Shown piece by piece: positions 1-7,776 of a stretch of DNA of 15,720 bases. The position numbers and the translations under genes are program-made. Each line of letters begins with the position of its first letter. The stretch's first letter is position 1. The notes beneath the pieces were generated by a model. It had not been told where the DNA came from and searched no databases. It worked only from the letters and a program-made list of their open reading frames with translations. The stretch covers positions 1 to 15,720 of the forward strand of contig JBDGSM010000011.1 in NCBI GenBank assembly GCA_042217545.1, given 5' to 3'. Origin of the DNA: Candidatus Nanohalobium sp. (GTDB lineage Archaea; Nanohalarchaeota; Nanosalinia; Nanosalinales; Nanosalinaceae).

Positions 1-8
1 TTCTTAAG
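1..8 (+). promoter_or_regulatory. Putative TATA box (TTCTTAAG) for a leaderless trxA transcript
   Basis: CTTAAG lies 23-28 nt upstream of ATG 31, the spacing expected for leaderless archaeal transcripts. Any BRE lies outside the window. Confidence 0.45.
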
Positions 9-30
9 TCTTCTACAGGATTATTTCCAT

Positions 31-345
31 ATGCCAACAGACATTGACGCGGAGAAGATGCAGGAGATCCAGGACTCCGATGAAACCTGGATCATAGACT
101 TCTGGGCCGAATGGTGCGGACCATGCAAAAAACTGGCACCGATCTACGAAGAACTAAGCGAGGAAATCGAAGACCTTAACTTCGGAAAAGTAGACATGGA
201 GGAAAACCAGCAGATCGGCACACAGCTCGGAGTCAGAGCACTACCAACCCTGGTCATCATCAAAGGAGACGAAGAAATCGCCAGACAGGCAGGAGCAATG
301 CCCAAAGAAAAACTACAGGCCTGGATCGAAGAAAACAAGGCCTGA
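31..345 (+). CDS. trxA: Thioredoxin
   Basis: 104 aa with DFWAEWCGPC active site, cis-Pro motif (ALPT) and typical C-terminal GAMPKEKL. Acidic (24 D/E vs 10 K/R). Confidence 0.96.
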   Translation: MPTDIDAEKMQEIQDSDETWIIDFWAEWCGPCKKLAPIYEELSEEIEDLNFGKVDMEENQQIGTQLGVRALPTLVIIKGDEEIARQAGAMPKEKLQAWIEENKA

Positions 346-369
346 AACTGGTTATCGCATCTTTCGCAC

Positions 370-406
370 AGCGGAAGCAGGCCTTAAGCCTGAAGCCTGC
401 AACGCT
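370..406. other. Imperfect hairpin in the spacer between convergent trxA and kinase genes
   Basis: AGCG(370-373)/CGCT(403-406) stem, GAA/AA internal loop, GCAGGC(377-382)/GCCTGC(395-400) stem, 12-nt loop. Confidence 0.5.
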
Positions 407-448
407 CGACTGGGACGCAACGAGGCATTCAATGCATGGCTCTGAGGG

Positions 449-940
449 CTAGAGGTATTCGGTCCAGTCAAACTTTCCGTAGTCGCTTTCTCCCTTCTCA
501 ACTTTTCTCTTTACCTCCTCAAAAACTTCTTCAGGCCCTTTTTCTGTAGTATCGACTTCTACAACTGTTTCCTGCTCCTCGATGGCTTCTGAAAGCACTA
601 CGTCCAGGATCTCGCTCTGTACGTTCTCCTCAACTTTTTCATCGCTGTAATCCCGGTCATTTAGCCTCTCTCTCAGTTTGTCAGGCCGGGTCCTGAGGAT
701 TATGCAGATATCGACTGGAACGTGATGCGCGAGATGGCCTTCAAGGAGATCGAATTCTTCATTCTTCAGGGCCTCTCTCATCTCTTCCACATCGACTTCG
801 AACTCTTTTTCTCCTTCTTCGCCGAGGCCTTTCTTCTTGACGTATTCCGTCAGATGTATGGCTTTGAGGCCTTCCTGCTCGTAGAGGTGTGAGAGTGTTG
901 TTTTTCCGGTTCCTGGGGTGCCTGTGACTGCTATTTTCAC
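449..940 (-). CDS. Atypical adenylate kinase/ATPase, AK6 (hCINAP/Fap7) family
   Basis: P-loop IAVTGTPGTGKTT, family-type LLEGHLAH motif and lid region LRERLNDRDYSDEKVEENVQSEI. Start moved from 1036 to GTG 940 (MKIAVTG, 163 aa) because the longer ORF overlaps rfcS and a TATA-like box fits 940. Confidence 0.88.
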   Translation of the reverse strand: MKIAVTGTPGTGKTTLSHLYEQEGLKAIHLTEYVKKKGLGEEGEKEFEVDVEEMREALKNEEFDLLEGHLAHHVPVDICIILRTRPDKLRERLNDRDYSDEKVEENVQSEILDVVLSEAIEEQETVVEVDTTEKGPEEVFEEVKRKVEKGESDYGKFDWTEYL

Positions 941-961
941 ATTGTAGAGGACGGTCTGAAG

Positions 962-969
962 TAATAAAA
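962..969. promoter_or_regulatory. AT-rich TATA-like element in the 69-bp divergent kinase/rfcS spacer
   Basis: Minus strand TTTTATTA lies 22-29 nt upstream of GTG 940. Plus strand TAATAAAA could drive a short leader containing GGAGGAG (994-1000) before ATG 1010. Confidence 0.45.
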
Positions 970-1009
970 GATTGTAGAAGCCTTTCAGTTGCAGGAGGAG
1001 AGAAAATTT

Positions 1010-1960
1010 ATGATTGATGTCTGGACGGAAAAACACAGGCCTGATACGCTTTCAGAGGTCGTGGGACAGGATAAAATTGTTGACAGGTTGGAGGCCTTTG
1101 TCGAAGAGGATTCGATCCCGCACATGATGTTTGCAGGGCCTGCAGGTACGGGTAAGACTACCTGTGCAATATCCCTGGCGAAGGATCTGTACGGCGATAA
1201 CTGGAGGCAGAACTTTATGGAAACCAATGCTTCCGACGAGAGAGGTATTGATGTCGTACGTGAAAAGATCAAGGATTTCGCCCGGACCAAATCTGTTAAT
1301 GCGGATTACAAGATCATCTTTCTGGACGAGGCGGACGCACTTACAAGCGATGCGCAGCAGGCCTTGAGGCGTACCATGGAGCAGTTTTCCGAGAACTGCC
1401 GTTTCATTCTTTCATGCAATTACTCTTCGAAGATCATCGATCCGATCCAGTCCCGTTGCGCCGTTTTCAGGTTTAACAGGCTTGAAGAGGATGATGTGAT
1501 CGAGTACATCAAGAGACTTGGGAAAGAGGAGGAGTTCAAGATTTCGGAGGACGCAATAGATGCAGTTATGCGTGTTTCAGACGGAGATCTCAGACGTGTA
1601 ACAAATATTCTGCAGACGGCCTCAATCAACAACGAGGAGATCGAAGAAGAGGATATTTACGGAGTTGCTGCCAGTCTAAGGCCCGAGGAAATCCGGGAGA
1701 TCCTTGAAAAATCTTTGAAAGGTGATTTCATAGATGCCAGAGAGGAGCTGGCGGATTTGATGATTGATAGAGGTCTTGACGGCCAGGACGTGATAAACTC
1801 TATACACAGAGAGATCTTTGAGCTGGATCTTTCGGATGAGGGAAAGCTTGAGATCATGGAGAAGCTTGGAGAGTTCGAGTTCAGGATCAGCGAAGGTGGA
1901 AGCAGCGATATCCAGATCGAAGCACTTCTTGCACAGATCTCAAACCTGGAAGAGAAATAA
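1010..1960 (+). CDS. rfcS: Replication factor C small subunit (clamp loader)
   Basis: WTEKHRP box, Walker A GPAGTGKTT, ETNASDERGIDVVR, Walker B IIFLDEAD, SRC arginine finger (QSRC), GDLRR sensor 2. ATG 1010 chosen because of the GGAGGAG SD at 994-1000. No intein. Confidence 0.96.
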   Translation: MIDVWTEKHRPDTLSEVVGQDKIVDRLEAFVEEDSIPHMMFAGPAGTGKTTCAISLAKDLYGDNWRQNFMETNASDERGIDVVREKIKDFARTKSVNADYKIIFLDEADALTSDAQQALRRTMEQFSENCRFILSCNYSSKIIDPIQSRCAVFRFNRLEEDDVIEYIKRLGKEEEFKISEDAIDAVMRVSDGDLRRVTNILQTASINNEEIEEEDIYGVAASLRPEEIREILEKSLKGDFIDAREELADLMIDRGLDGQDVINSIHREIFELDLSDEGKLEIMEKLGEFEFRISEGGSSDIQIEALLAQISNLEEK

Positions 1961-1992
1961 GATGAAAAATCGAAATATTGGGGCTTAACACC

Positions 1993-3186
1993 ATGTGGGT
2001 AGAAAAGTACAGGCCTGATTCCCTGTCGGAGTACCGTGGTGCTTCGAAGGAGAAGAAGGAGTTGAAGGAGTGGGCCGAGTCCTGGGAGCAGGGTGGCAAA
2101 CCTGTTCTGCTGCATGGTCAGGCCGGAACAGGTAAGACTTCTCTCGTAGAGGCCTTAGCGAATGATCTTGGCTATGAACTGGTTGAGACGAATGCTTCGG
2201 ATGTCAGGACGAAGTCGAAGTTGAAGTCCGAGTTAAAGGAGGCGACGCGTCAGGCTTCTTTCTTTGGTACTAACAAGTTGATACTTATTGATGAAGTCGA
2301 TGGTATGTCCGGCAATTCCGACCGGGGTGGTGTGAAGGAGATCGGGGAGATTATCGATGAGACCCGTTTTCCTATAGTCATGACTGCGAACGATGCGTAC
2401 GATCAAAGCATCAGGTCGCTGAGGAACAGGGCAAAGAGTATCGAGCTCGGTTCCGTGCATACTAATTCGATCGCTGCTTTTCTCCGTGACATTCTTGAGG
2501 AGGAAGGTATCGAGTACGAGGACGGTGTTCCGAAGAGGATTGCGCGCCAGGCCGGCGGTCAGATGCGTTCCGCTATAAACGACCTGGAAGCAGTTGCCAG
2601 AGGCCGGGATAAAGTTACAAAGGAGGATCTGGACGTGATCGGGCAGCGAGATAACAGGCAGGAGATCTTTGACTCCCTGAAGATAATATTCAAGACCAAG
2701 AACCTTTCAAACGCAAACCAGGCGACTGAGAACCTTGAGGAGGACGCCGATACCTTCCTCCAGTGGGTTAGAGAGAACGTTCCACGCGAATACAAGAAGA
2801 CGGGCGATCTCTCCAGGGCATACAACTGGCTTTCAAAGGCTGATGTCTTCAATGGAAGGATTAGACGCCGTATGAACTGGAAACTACTGAAATACGTCTA
2901 CGACTTCTCCACTATAGGAGTAGCACTTGCAAAGGAAGAGAAATACCAGGGCTGGACGAAGTACCAGTACCCTTCAAAGATCAGGCAGATGGGACAGTCC
3001 CGGGCATCAAGGCAGAAACTTGACAGTGTCTCGGGCAAGCTTGGCAAGAAGCTGCATATGTCCAAGAGAGACATCAAGGCCTCACTGCCGATGTACGCAC
3101 ATCTATTCGACAAGAGGCCTGAAATCGCCGAATCACTGGACCTGGATGATGAAGAGGTTGATTTCGTGGAGAACTTTGGAGCCTAG
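1993..3186 (+). CDS. rfcL: Replication factor C large subunit
   Basis: MWVEKYRP, Walker A GQAGTGKTS, ETNASDVR, ILIDEVDG, MRSAIND and C-terminal WVRENVP...WKLLKY. Directly follows rfcS. ATG 1993 preferred over TTG 1978. Confidence 0.94.
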   Translation: MWVEKYRPDSLSEYRGASKEKKELKEWAESWEQGGKPVLLHGQAGTGKTSLVEALANDLGYELVETNASDVRTKSKLKSELKEATRQASFFGTNKLILIDEVDGMSGNSDRGGVKEIGEIIDETRFPIVMTANDAYDQSIRSLRNRAKSIELGSVHTNSIAAFLRDILEEEGIEYEDGVPKRIARQAGGQMRSAINDLEAVARGRDKVTKEDLDVIGQRDNRQEIFDSLKIIFKTKNLSNANQATENLEEDADTFLQWVRENVPREYKKTGDLSRAYNWLSKADVFNGRIRRRMNWKLLKYVYDFSTIGVALAKEEKYQGWTKYQYPSKIRQMGQSRASRQKLDSVSGKLGKKLHMSKRDIKASLPMYAHLFDKRPEIAESLDLDDEEVDFVENFGA

Positions 3187-3193
3187 ATTTTTC

Positions 3194-4132
3194 TTACCTG
3201 GCCTGAAGCTTTACGTAGTCATGCCGGACCTGGAAGGCCTGTCCACCGGATCCTGAAAGTTCTATCATCCCTGATCTTTTCTCGTTTCCGAGCGGGTTTC
3301 CTGTGACCTGTACTGTTGGAATGGAAGGCCTGCTGTTTTTCTCCGGCCATACCCAGGCCGTGTATTTGCCTGATCCATCGTGGGTAAGTTCCCAGCTGTA
3401 CCAGGTGTCTTCCTGCCAGTTGATATTGCCCGAGCTTGGCGAGGCTCCTGGAGGATCGATGGTTACCGGTGTCTGGCCCGAGGAATCCGAGAATCCGAGG
3501 TCCAAGACAAGGCCTGATGTCCCGGAGTTGTGGTCGTAGTATAGTTTTATGTACTGTCTCTGGCTTGTTGAACTGTTGAGTTTGTCTGTGTGGAATACTC
3601 CTGATGCTTTCCAGGCTCTGTTCCAGATGCCTGTTTTTTCATCCCAGCGGATCTTTAAACTGGTTCCTGTCTGGTTCTGTGATAGTACAAGGGCCTTGTT
3701 CCCTGTTGCAGGGCCGTAGGTTGTTTTAACCGTTGCTTTTCCTGTTCCTGTTTCCTTTATCCATGCAGGATCCTTGTATTCTCCGTCCTCAAAGCTGTCG
3801 TGGAAGATTGATCCGTTTCCTACGCATTTCATCCTCAGTTCGGTGTTGGAGTTTGAGAGTGTGATGTTATAGCATCTGTTGACTTTCCAGTATTTGAAGT
3901 CGAGGCTGTAGGAGTTTATGAAGTTCAGAGCGTTCTTGAACTTTTTCCGTGCGCTTTTCTCCCCCAGATCCATTTTCTGGCCAAGCTGCTGGATGGCGTT
4001 AATGTGGTATCCCTGTTGCATCGGTTCGTACTGTCCTTCCTGTATATTGTTCATCGAGGCTGCGGTTGTCATCAGCAGGAGCGTTACTATGATCGCAGAT
4101 ACAAGCATGAACTGCCCCTTCAGTTTGACCAC
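3194..4132 (-). CDS. Pilin-like protein with class III signal peptide and probable C-terminal ConA-like/lectin beta-sandwich (candidate adhesin)
   Basis: KG|QFMLVSAIIVTLLL cleavage motif and hydrophobic helix, then a Cys pair. The C-terminal ~200 aa start FHDSFEDG..W, contain WYSWELTHDGSGKYTAWVWP and end HDYVKL. Start uncertain (GTG 4132 or CTG 4123). Confidence 0.7.
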   Translation of the reverse strand: MVKLKGQFMLVSAIIVTLLLMTTAASMNNIQEGQYEPMQQGYHINAIQQLGQKMDLGEKSARKKFKNALNFINSYSLDFKYWKVNRCYNITLSNSNTELRMKCVGNGSIFHDSFEDGEYKDPAWIKETGTGKATVKTTYGPATGNKALVLSQNQTGTSLKIRWDEKTGIWNRAWKASGVFHTDKLNSSTSQRQYIKLYYDHNSGTSGLVLDLGFSDSSGQTPVTIDPPGASPSSGNINWQEDTWYSWELTHDGSGKYTAWVWPEKNSRPSIPTVQVTGNPLGNEKRSGMIELSGSGGQAFQVRHDYVKLQAR

Positions 4133-5919
4133 CTCAGTGTTGCCCTGTAGGCTTGGTTGCCGAGAACGCCGTATATATTGGTGCTGAAGTCGCCTTCAGT
4201 GCTGGTTGGTATGATCGTCGAGCCCTGCATCATGTACATGAAGGATGCAAGCACCTTTCTGTCGGCCTCGCTGTAAACTTTCTCGTACCCCGCACGGCCA
4301 ATCTTCTCCGAGGTAATGTAGTTCAGAGCAGATATATCCGCGTTTTCCACGTTCTTGAAACGCAGGCATTCGCCGACACTGCATCCAGGTTTTGCAGAGG
4401 ATATAATGTTTACCGTGTACGTTATGCCGTTGACATCTATCCTTTCACCGTCAAGGAAAGGTCCCTCATCCTTGTCACTGTACATTCCATCGCCGTTCCT
4501 GTCAATGTAAACCGCCCTGGTGTTCCTGCTACAGTAGCTCTGTGACTCCCCAAGCTGTGTATTCACGACCCGTACCCCCTGCATCGTTCCGTTAATGTAC
4601 GGGAACTGGAAAAGGCCTTGAGTTGCATTTTCACATGTGGTGTAAGGTGCGTCACCGGGATCAAGGTTAACGGAGCTCATCCCCAGATTCATCGAATTTT
4701 CACTGATGTTCCGGTACCCGAAGTTATCCAGTGAAAGAGGTTTCTCGTATGAAAGTACTCCGCGCGACCTGGTCATTACATGGCCTCCAGGATAGAGAGA
4801 CACTTCTGAAAGATCTGTTTCAAGGCCCAGTACATCGTCCTTCATCTGCTGGGAGTTAGCCGAGCTTGAGAAACTGATATCGGGTTTGCAGCCAGGTGAG
4901 ATAGAGCTTGAGTCCGGTGTCAGTGTGCATTTTGCACCGTTCTCAGCGTAAAGCGGCAGGTCTACCCACCTGAATCCTTTTTCATTCATGAATCTTCCAT
5001 CCTGAAGCATTGTAGAGTTGAGATTTACCAGGAAGAGCGCTGGCTTGTCTTTTATCTTTCTCTTGACCTTTTTCCTTCTCCCATTTTCAATTCTCTGTAC
5101 TGATTTTTTCTGTCGGAATACAAGCATGTCAAGGCCTGATGTGTCATCTTTCAGTGTGAATGAGTTGATCTTTATCCTGTTGTTGATGGCACCGACTTTT
5201 TCGTTAAATGTGTTCTGGAATCTTTTGATCTGTTCAGCGTCCGCAAGGTCCAGCGTGCCGTTGGTTATCTTTCCCCGCTGAGTTATTTCTTCTTTCACGT
5301 TCCTGAACTCGAAAGTGTCTGCTCCCGGTCCCCACTGGAAGATCTCGCCTTTCATTATCGGATTGTCCGGGTTAGGTACGTCACAGCCTGTTCCATCGGT
5401 TATCCAGATGGCGTTGTAGTCTGCGCGGGAGGCGCGGTTCGTAAACCGGTGGTAGTTCCCTACGTATAGCCTGTAGCCGCCGTGGGAGGACTCCATCGAT
5501 CCTGACTTGGTTCTGAGTAGGGTGCTTGCAGATCTCTTGCTTATCTCGGAGAGATCTCCGTAGCATGCATCACCTGCGGAGACGTTTGTGAGTTTAACAT
5601 GGCTCAGATCAGAAGGCGGCGTATAGAAACCTATCTTCATGTTGGGTGGCACGCCCTTGATCTCTCCTCCGACGTCCATATCTCTTTCAGATACCGCGGC
5701 CAGAGCTGTCTTGATCGTACCGGTCTCACCCTGCCTCAGGAAGTCCTGCATATATCCTGTATCCTTGAACACCTGGCTCAGATCCTTCGCCGCTATCTTG
5801 TTCTCGTAGGCACCCCAGTCATTCAGGTTGTGGTGAACCGTGAAGCTTGACAGGCCGAAGAAAACAAGTACCATGACTGCAGCCATGGCATCCATGATAT
5901 GCATCTGTCCCTTCCTCAC
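4120..5919 (-). CDS. Large pilin-like surface protein with class III signal peptide
   Basis: RKG|QMHIMDAMAAVMVLVFFGL N-terminus. The ~570-aa exported region has several Cys, N-x-S/T sequons and a DRNGDG loop. SD GGAGGTG and a GTGA overlap with the upstream stop favour GTG 5919 (5922 possible). Confidence 0.75.
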   Translation of the reverse strand: MRKGQMHIMDAMAAVMVLVFFGLSSFTVHHNLNDWGAYENKIAAKDLSQVFKDTGYMQDFLRQGETGTIKTALAAVSERDMDVGGEIKGVPPNMKIGFYTPPSDLSHVKLTNVSAGDACYGDLSEISKRSASTLLRTKSGSMESSHGGYRLYVGNYHRFTNRASRADYNAIWITDGTGCDVPNPDNPIMKGEIFQWGPGADTFEFRNVKEEITQRGKITNGTLDLADAEQIKRFQNTFNEKVGAINNRIKINSFTLKDDTSGLDMLVFRQKKSVQRIENGRRKKVKRKIKDKPALFLVNLNSTMLQDGRFMNEKGFRWVDLPLYAENGAKCTLTPDSSSISPGCKPDISFSSSANSQQMKDDVLGLETDLSEVSLYPGGHVMTRSRGVLSYEKPLSLDNFGYRNISENSMNLGMSSVNLDPGDAPYTTCENATQGLFQFPYINGTMQGVRVVNTQLGESQSYCSRNTRAVYIDRNGDGMYSDKDEGPFLDGERIDVNGITYTVNIISSAKPGCSVGECLRFKNVENADISALNYITSEKIGRAGYEKVYSEADRKVLASFMYMMQGSTIIPTSTEGDFSTNIYGVLGNQAYRATLRWSN

Positions 5920-6752
5920 CACGCATACACCTCCACCAGCATCGGCTGAGGCCTTGAACCCTTTGCCTTGTAAGTCACGTACCTGTTCATCTTCATTATG
6001 TTCGCGGTAAGATCCTTCTTAGCACCGAACTCCTTCACGTCCCGCTGAAGTGCTACAAGGCCTCCGCTTTCGTAATCCCTGTCCTGTATGCTGTCAATAG
6101 TGTAGTTTCTCCCATTTACGGTGAAATAATCCTCCACTCCCAGTGGCTGTTCCCCGCTGTTGAAGTTCTGATCCAGGGAGACATAGGTAGTATTGTATCT
6201 TGAACGATGGCTTGTAACCAGGAAGTAAACCTGTTGGCCTGCAAGCCTGACCGAACCATAATGTACTTCCTCGCCTGCCACACTGTAGAGGCCTGTTGAC
6301 GGCTCCACCACCGGGCTTGAGGAACTGTTTCTCTTGAAGGTTTTCAAGGTCTCCACAAGCGGTTTGAGCACGAATTTGAACCTGTAATCGTTATCCACCC
6401 CCAGAGCATGTCTGAACTGGGTATAGTTGACCCTGTCTTTGCCTACTGAAGAGATATTCATCAGTTTTTCCCTGTCAAGAACGAGATAGCCTTTTGCCAG
6501 GCCGAAGTTCTTCAGAGCATTTCTCGTGGACGAGTTCTCCTCCCATTTGGTGCCTCCGCTGCCGAAGCTGCTGTATCCCGGCTTTGTCAGTACCTGGTCC
6601 GATACGTACTTCGCCTCGTAGTGAACAGGTTTCTTCTCAAGTGATTTCTGGAAGCCCGGCACCTCTCCGGAGATGAACTGGAATACCACCACTACTGCCA
6701 GAAGGTAGAGGAAAAATGCTGCCAGGAATTCTATCGAGATCTGTCCTTTCAA
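5916..6752 (-). CDS. Pilin-like protein with class III signal peptide (QXSXE motif)
   Basis: MKG|QISIEFLAAFFLYLLAVVVVF is the canonical Q+1/E+5 archaeal class III motif. TTG start with GGGGGT SD-like sequence upstream. Confidence 0.82.
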   Translation of the reverse strand: MKGQISIEFLAAFFLYLLAVVVVFQFISGEVPGFQKSLEKKPVHYEAKYVSDQVLTKPGYSSFGSGGTKWEENSSTRNALKNFGLAKGYLVLDREKLMNISSVGKDRVNYTQFRHALGVDNDYRFKFVLKPLVETLKTFKRNSSSSPVVEPSTGLYSVAGEEVHYGSVRLAGQQVYFLVTSHRSRYNTTYVSLDQNFNSGEQPLGVEDYFTVNGRNYTIDSIQDRDYESGGLVALQRDVKEFGAKKDLTANIMKMNRYVTYKAKGSRPQPMLVEVYAW

Positions 6753-6756
6753 GCTT

Positions 6757-7776
6757 TCAGACCCCCATTGGAGCTACTATAAGCATGAAGGCGATGAAAG
6801 CAAGCGGGATCATGATTATTGCGTGTTTTATCCCTGCCGAGGCCTTTCCCTGCGTAATTTTTCCTGCTACCGCCGATGTGGAGAGGCCCTGGATTATCAG
6901 CATTGAGAACAGGAGGGATTTGTAGTAAGCCATTTTTCCGTATCCCATGCTCTGGGCGGTCTTCGATGCAAGGTTTACTCCCGAAGGTATGAACCCGAAT
7001 ACCTTTGATATCTGGCAGAAAGGTATTGCGGCCGGTATCTGTCCTGTACAGTATTTTATTGACTGCCCTCCCGATCCTGTTATCTTTCCAATGTTCGCAA
7101 AGGCTCCTCCGCCCTGAGTTCCCATTCCAAGAAGCATATCCAGGAGAAAGTAGAGGCCTATCGTGATACCGATGAATAAGAGGTAGATCATGTACATTAT
7201 CATCATCTGCTGCTTAAGCTGGGAGTTCTTGGATTTCACGATGTTCCTGAGGTCTGAGGCCTCGTCTGCTACCGAGTCGATGGTGTGCGTGATGTTCCCC
7301 CCGCTCTCAAAGCTCTGTATAATGATTGAGATTGAGTTCTGCATCACTGCCGAATCCTCTACTCTTTCGCTGAATCTCTCCATGACTTCGGGGAAAGGTA
7401 TGCCCCAGGAAAGTTCGTTGTATACTCTGTCGATCTCCCTGTTGAGTCTTCCGTAGTCCGTGTTATGTGCGGATTCGAATGCGTCCAGAAGGGTCATACC
7501 CCCTCTCTTTGACTCTGCCAGGCCGTTCAGGAATGCAGGGAACTGTCCCTCCATCTCCTTGATCTGCCGGTTTCTTAGGAATGATAGGATTCCGTAAGGC
7601 AGTACGCTAATCATGACTCCGAGTATGAATAGAGCTCCTCCCAACTGGACCATGCCCATTACCAGGTATAGCACTACTCCAAGAAGTATCACTCCTACCC
7701 CTGCCGACACCGAGTACTCTACAACTTTCTGTCTGAAGGATTTCTCACCCGGCAGCCCGTCTCCTATCAAGTCCAT
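6757..7776 (-). CDS. pilC: Type IV pilus membrane platform protein (TadC/PilC, T2SS-F family)
   Basis: Two N-terminal TM helices, cytoplasmic MEGQFPAFLNGLAE..GMTL..A...YGRL..EI...LSWG.PF...SGG domain, C-terminal TM helices. SD GGAGGT and TAATG coupling to the upstream paralog. Confidence 0.88.
   Translation of the reverse strand: MDLIGDGLPGEKSFRQKVVEYSVSAGVGVILLGVVLYLVMGMVQLGGALFILGVMISVLPYGILSFLRNRQIKEMEGQFPAFLNGLAESKRGGMTLLDAFESAHNTDYGRLNREIDRVYNELSWGIPFPEVMERFSERVEDSAVMQNSISIIIQSFESGGNITHTIDSVADEASDLRNIVKSKNSQLKQQMMIMYMIYLLFIGITIGLYFLLDMLLGMGTQGGGAFANIGKITGSGGQSIKYCTGQIPAAIPFCQISKVFGFIPSGVNLASKTAQSMGYGKMAYYKSLLFSMLIIQGLSTSAVAGKITQGKASAGIKHAIIMIPLAFIAFMLIVAPMGV

Noticed and set aside
31..345. 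Thioredoxin as a dedicated oxidase for the Cys-rich pilins
   Set aside because: It has no signal peptide or membrane anchor, carries a reducing-type WCGPC motif and is separated from the locus by unrelated genes.
343..406. trxA ends in TGA and is followed by a hairpin with a GAA/AA loop resembling an archaeal SECIS
   Set aside because: The active site is ordinary Cys (WCGPC, TGC codons) and the protein is full length at the TGA. Read-through would add only 13 non-conserved-looking residues, and no selenocysteine machinery is visible.
1010..3186. Inteins in the RFC subunits
   Set aside because: Both proteins are of normal length with uninterrupted Walker A and sensor motifs.
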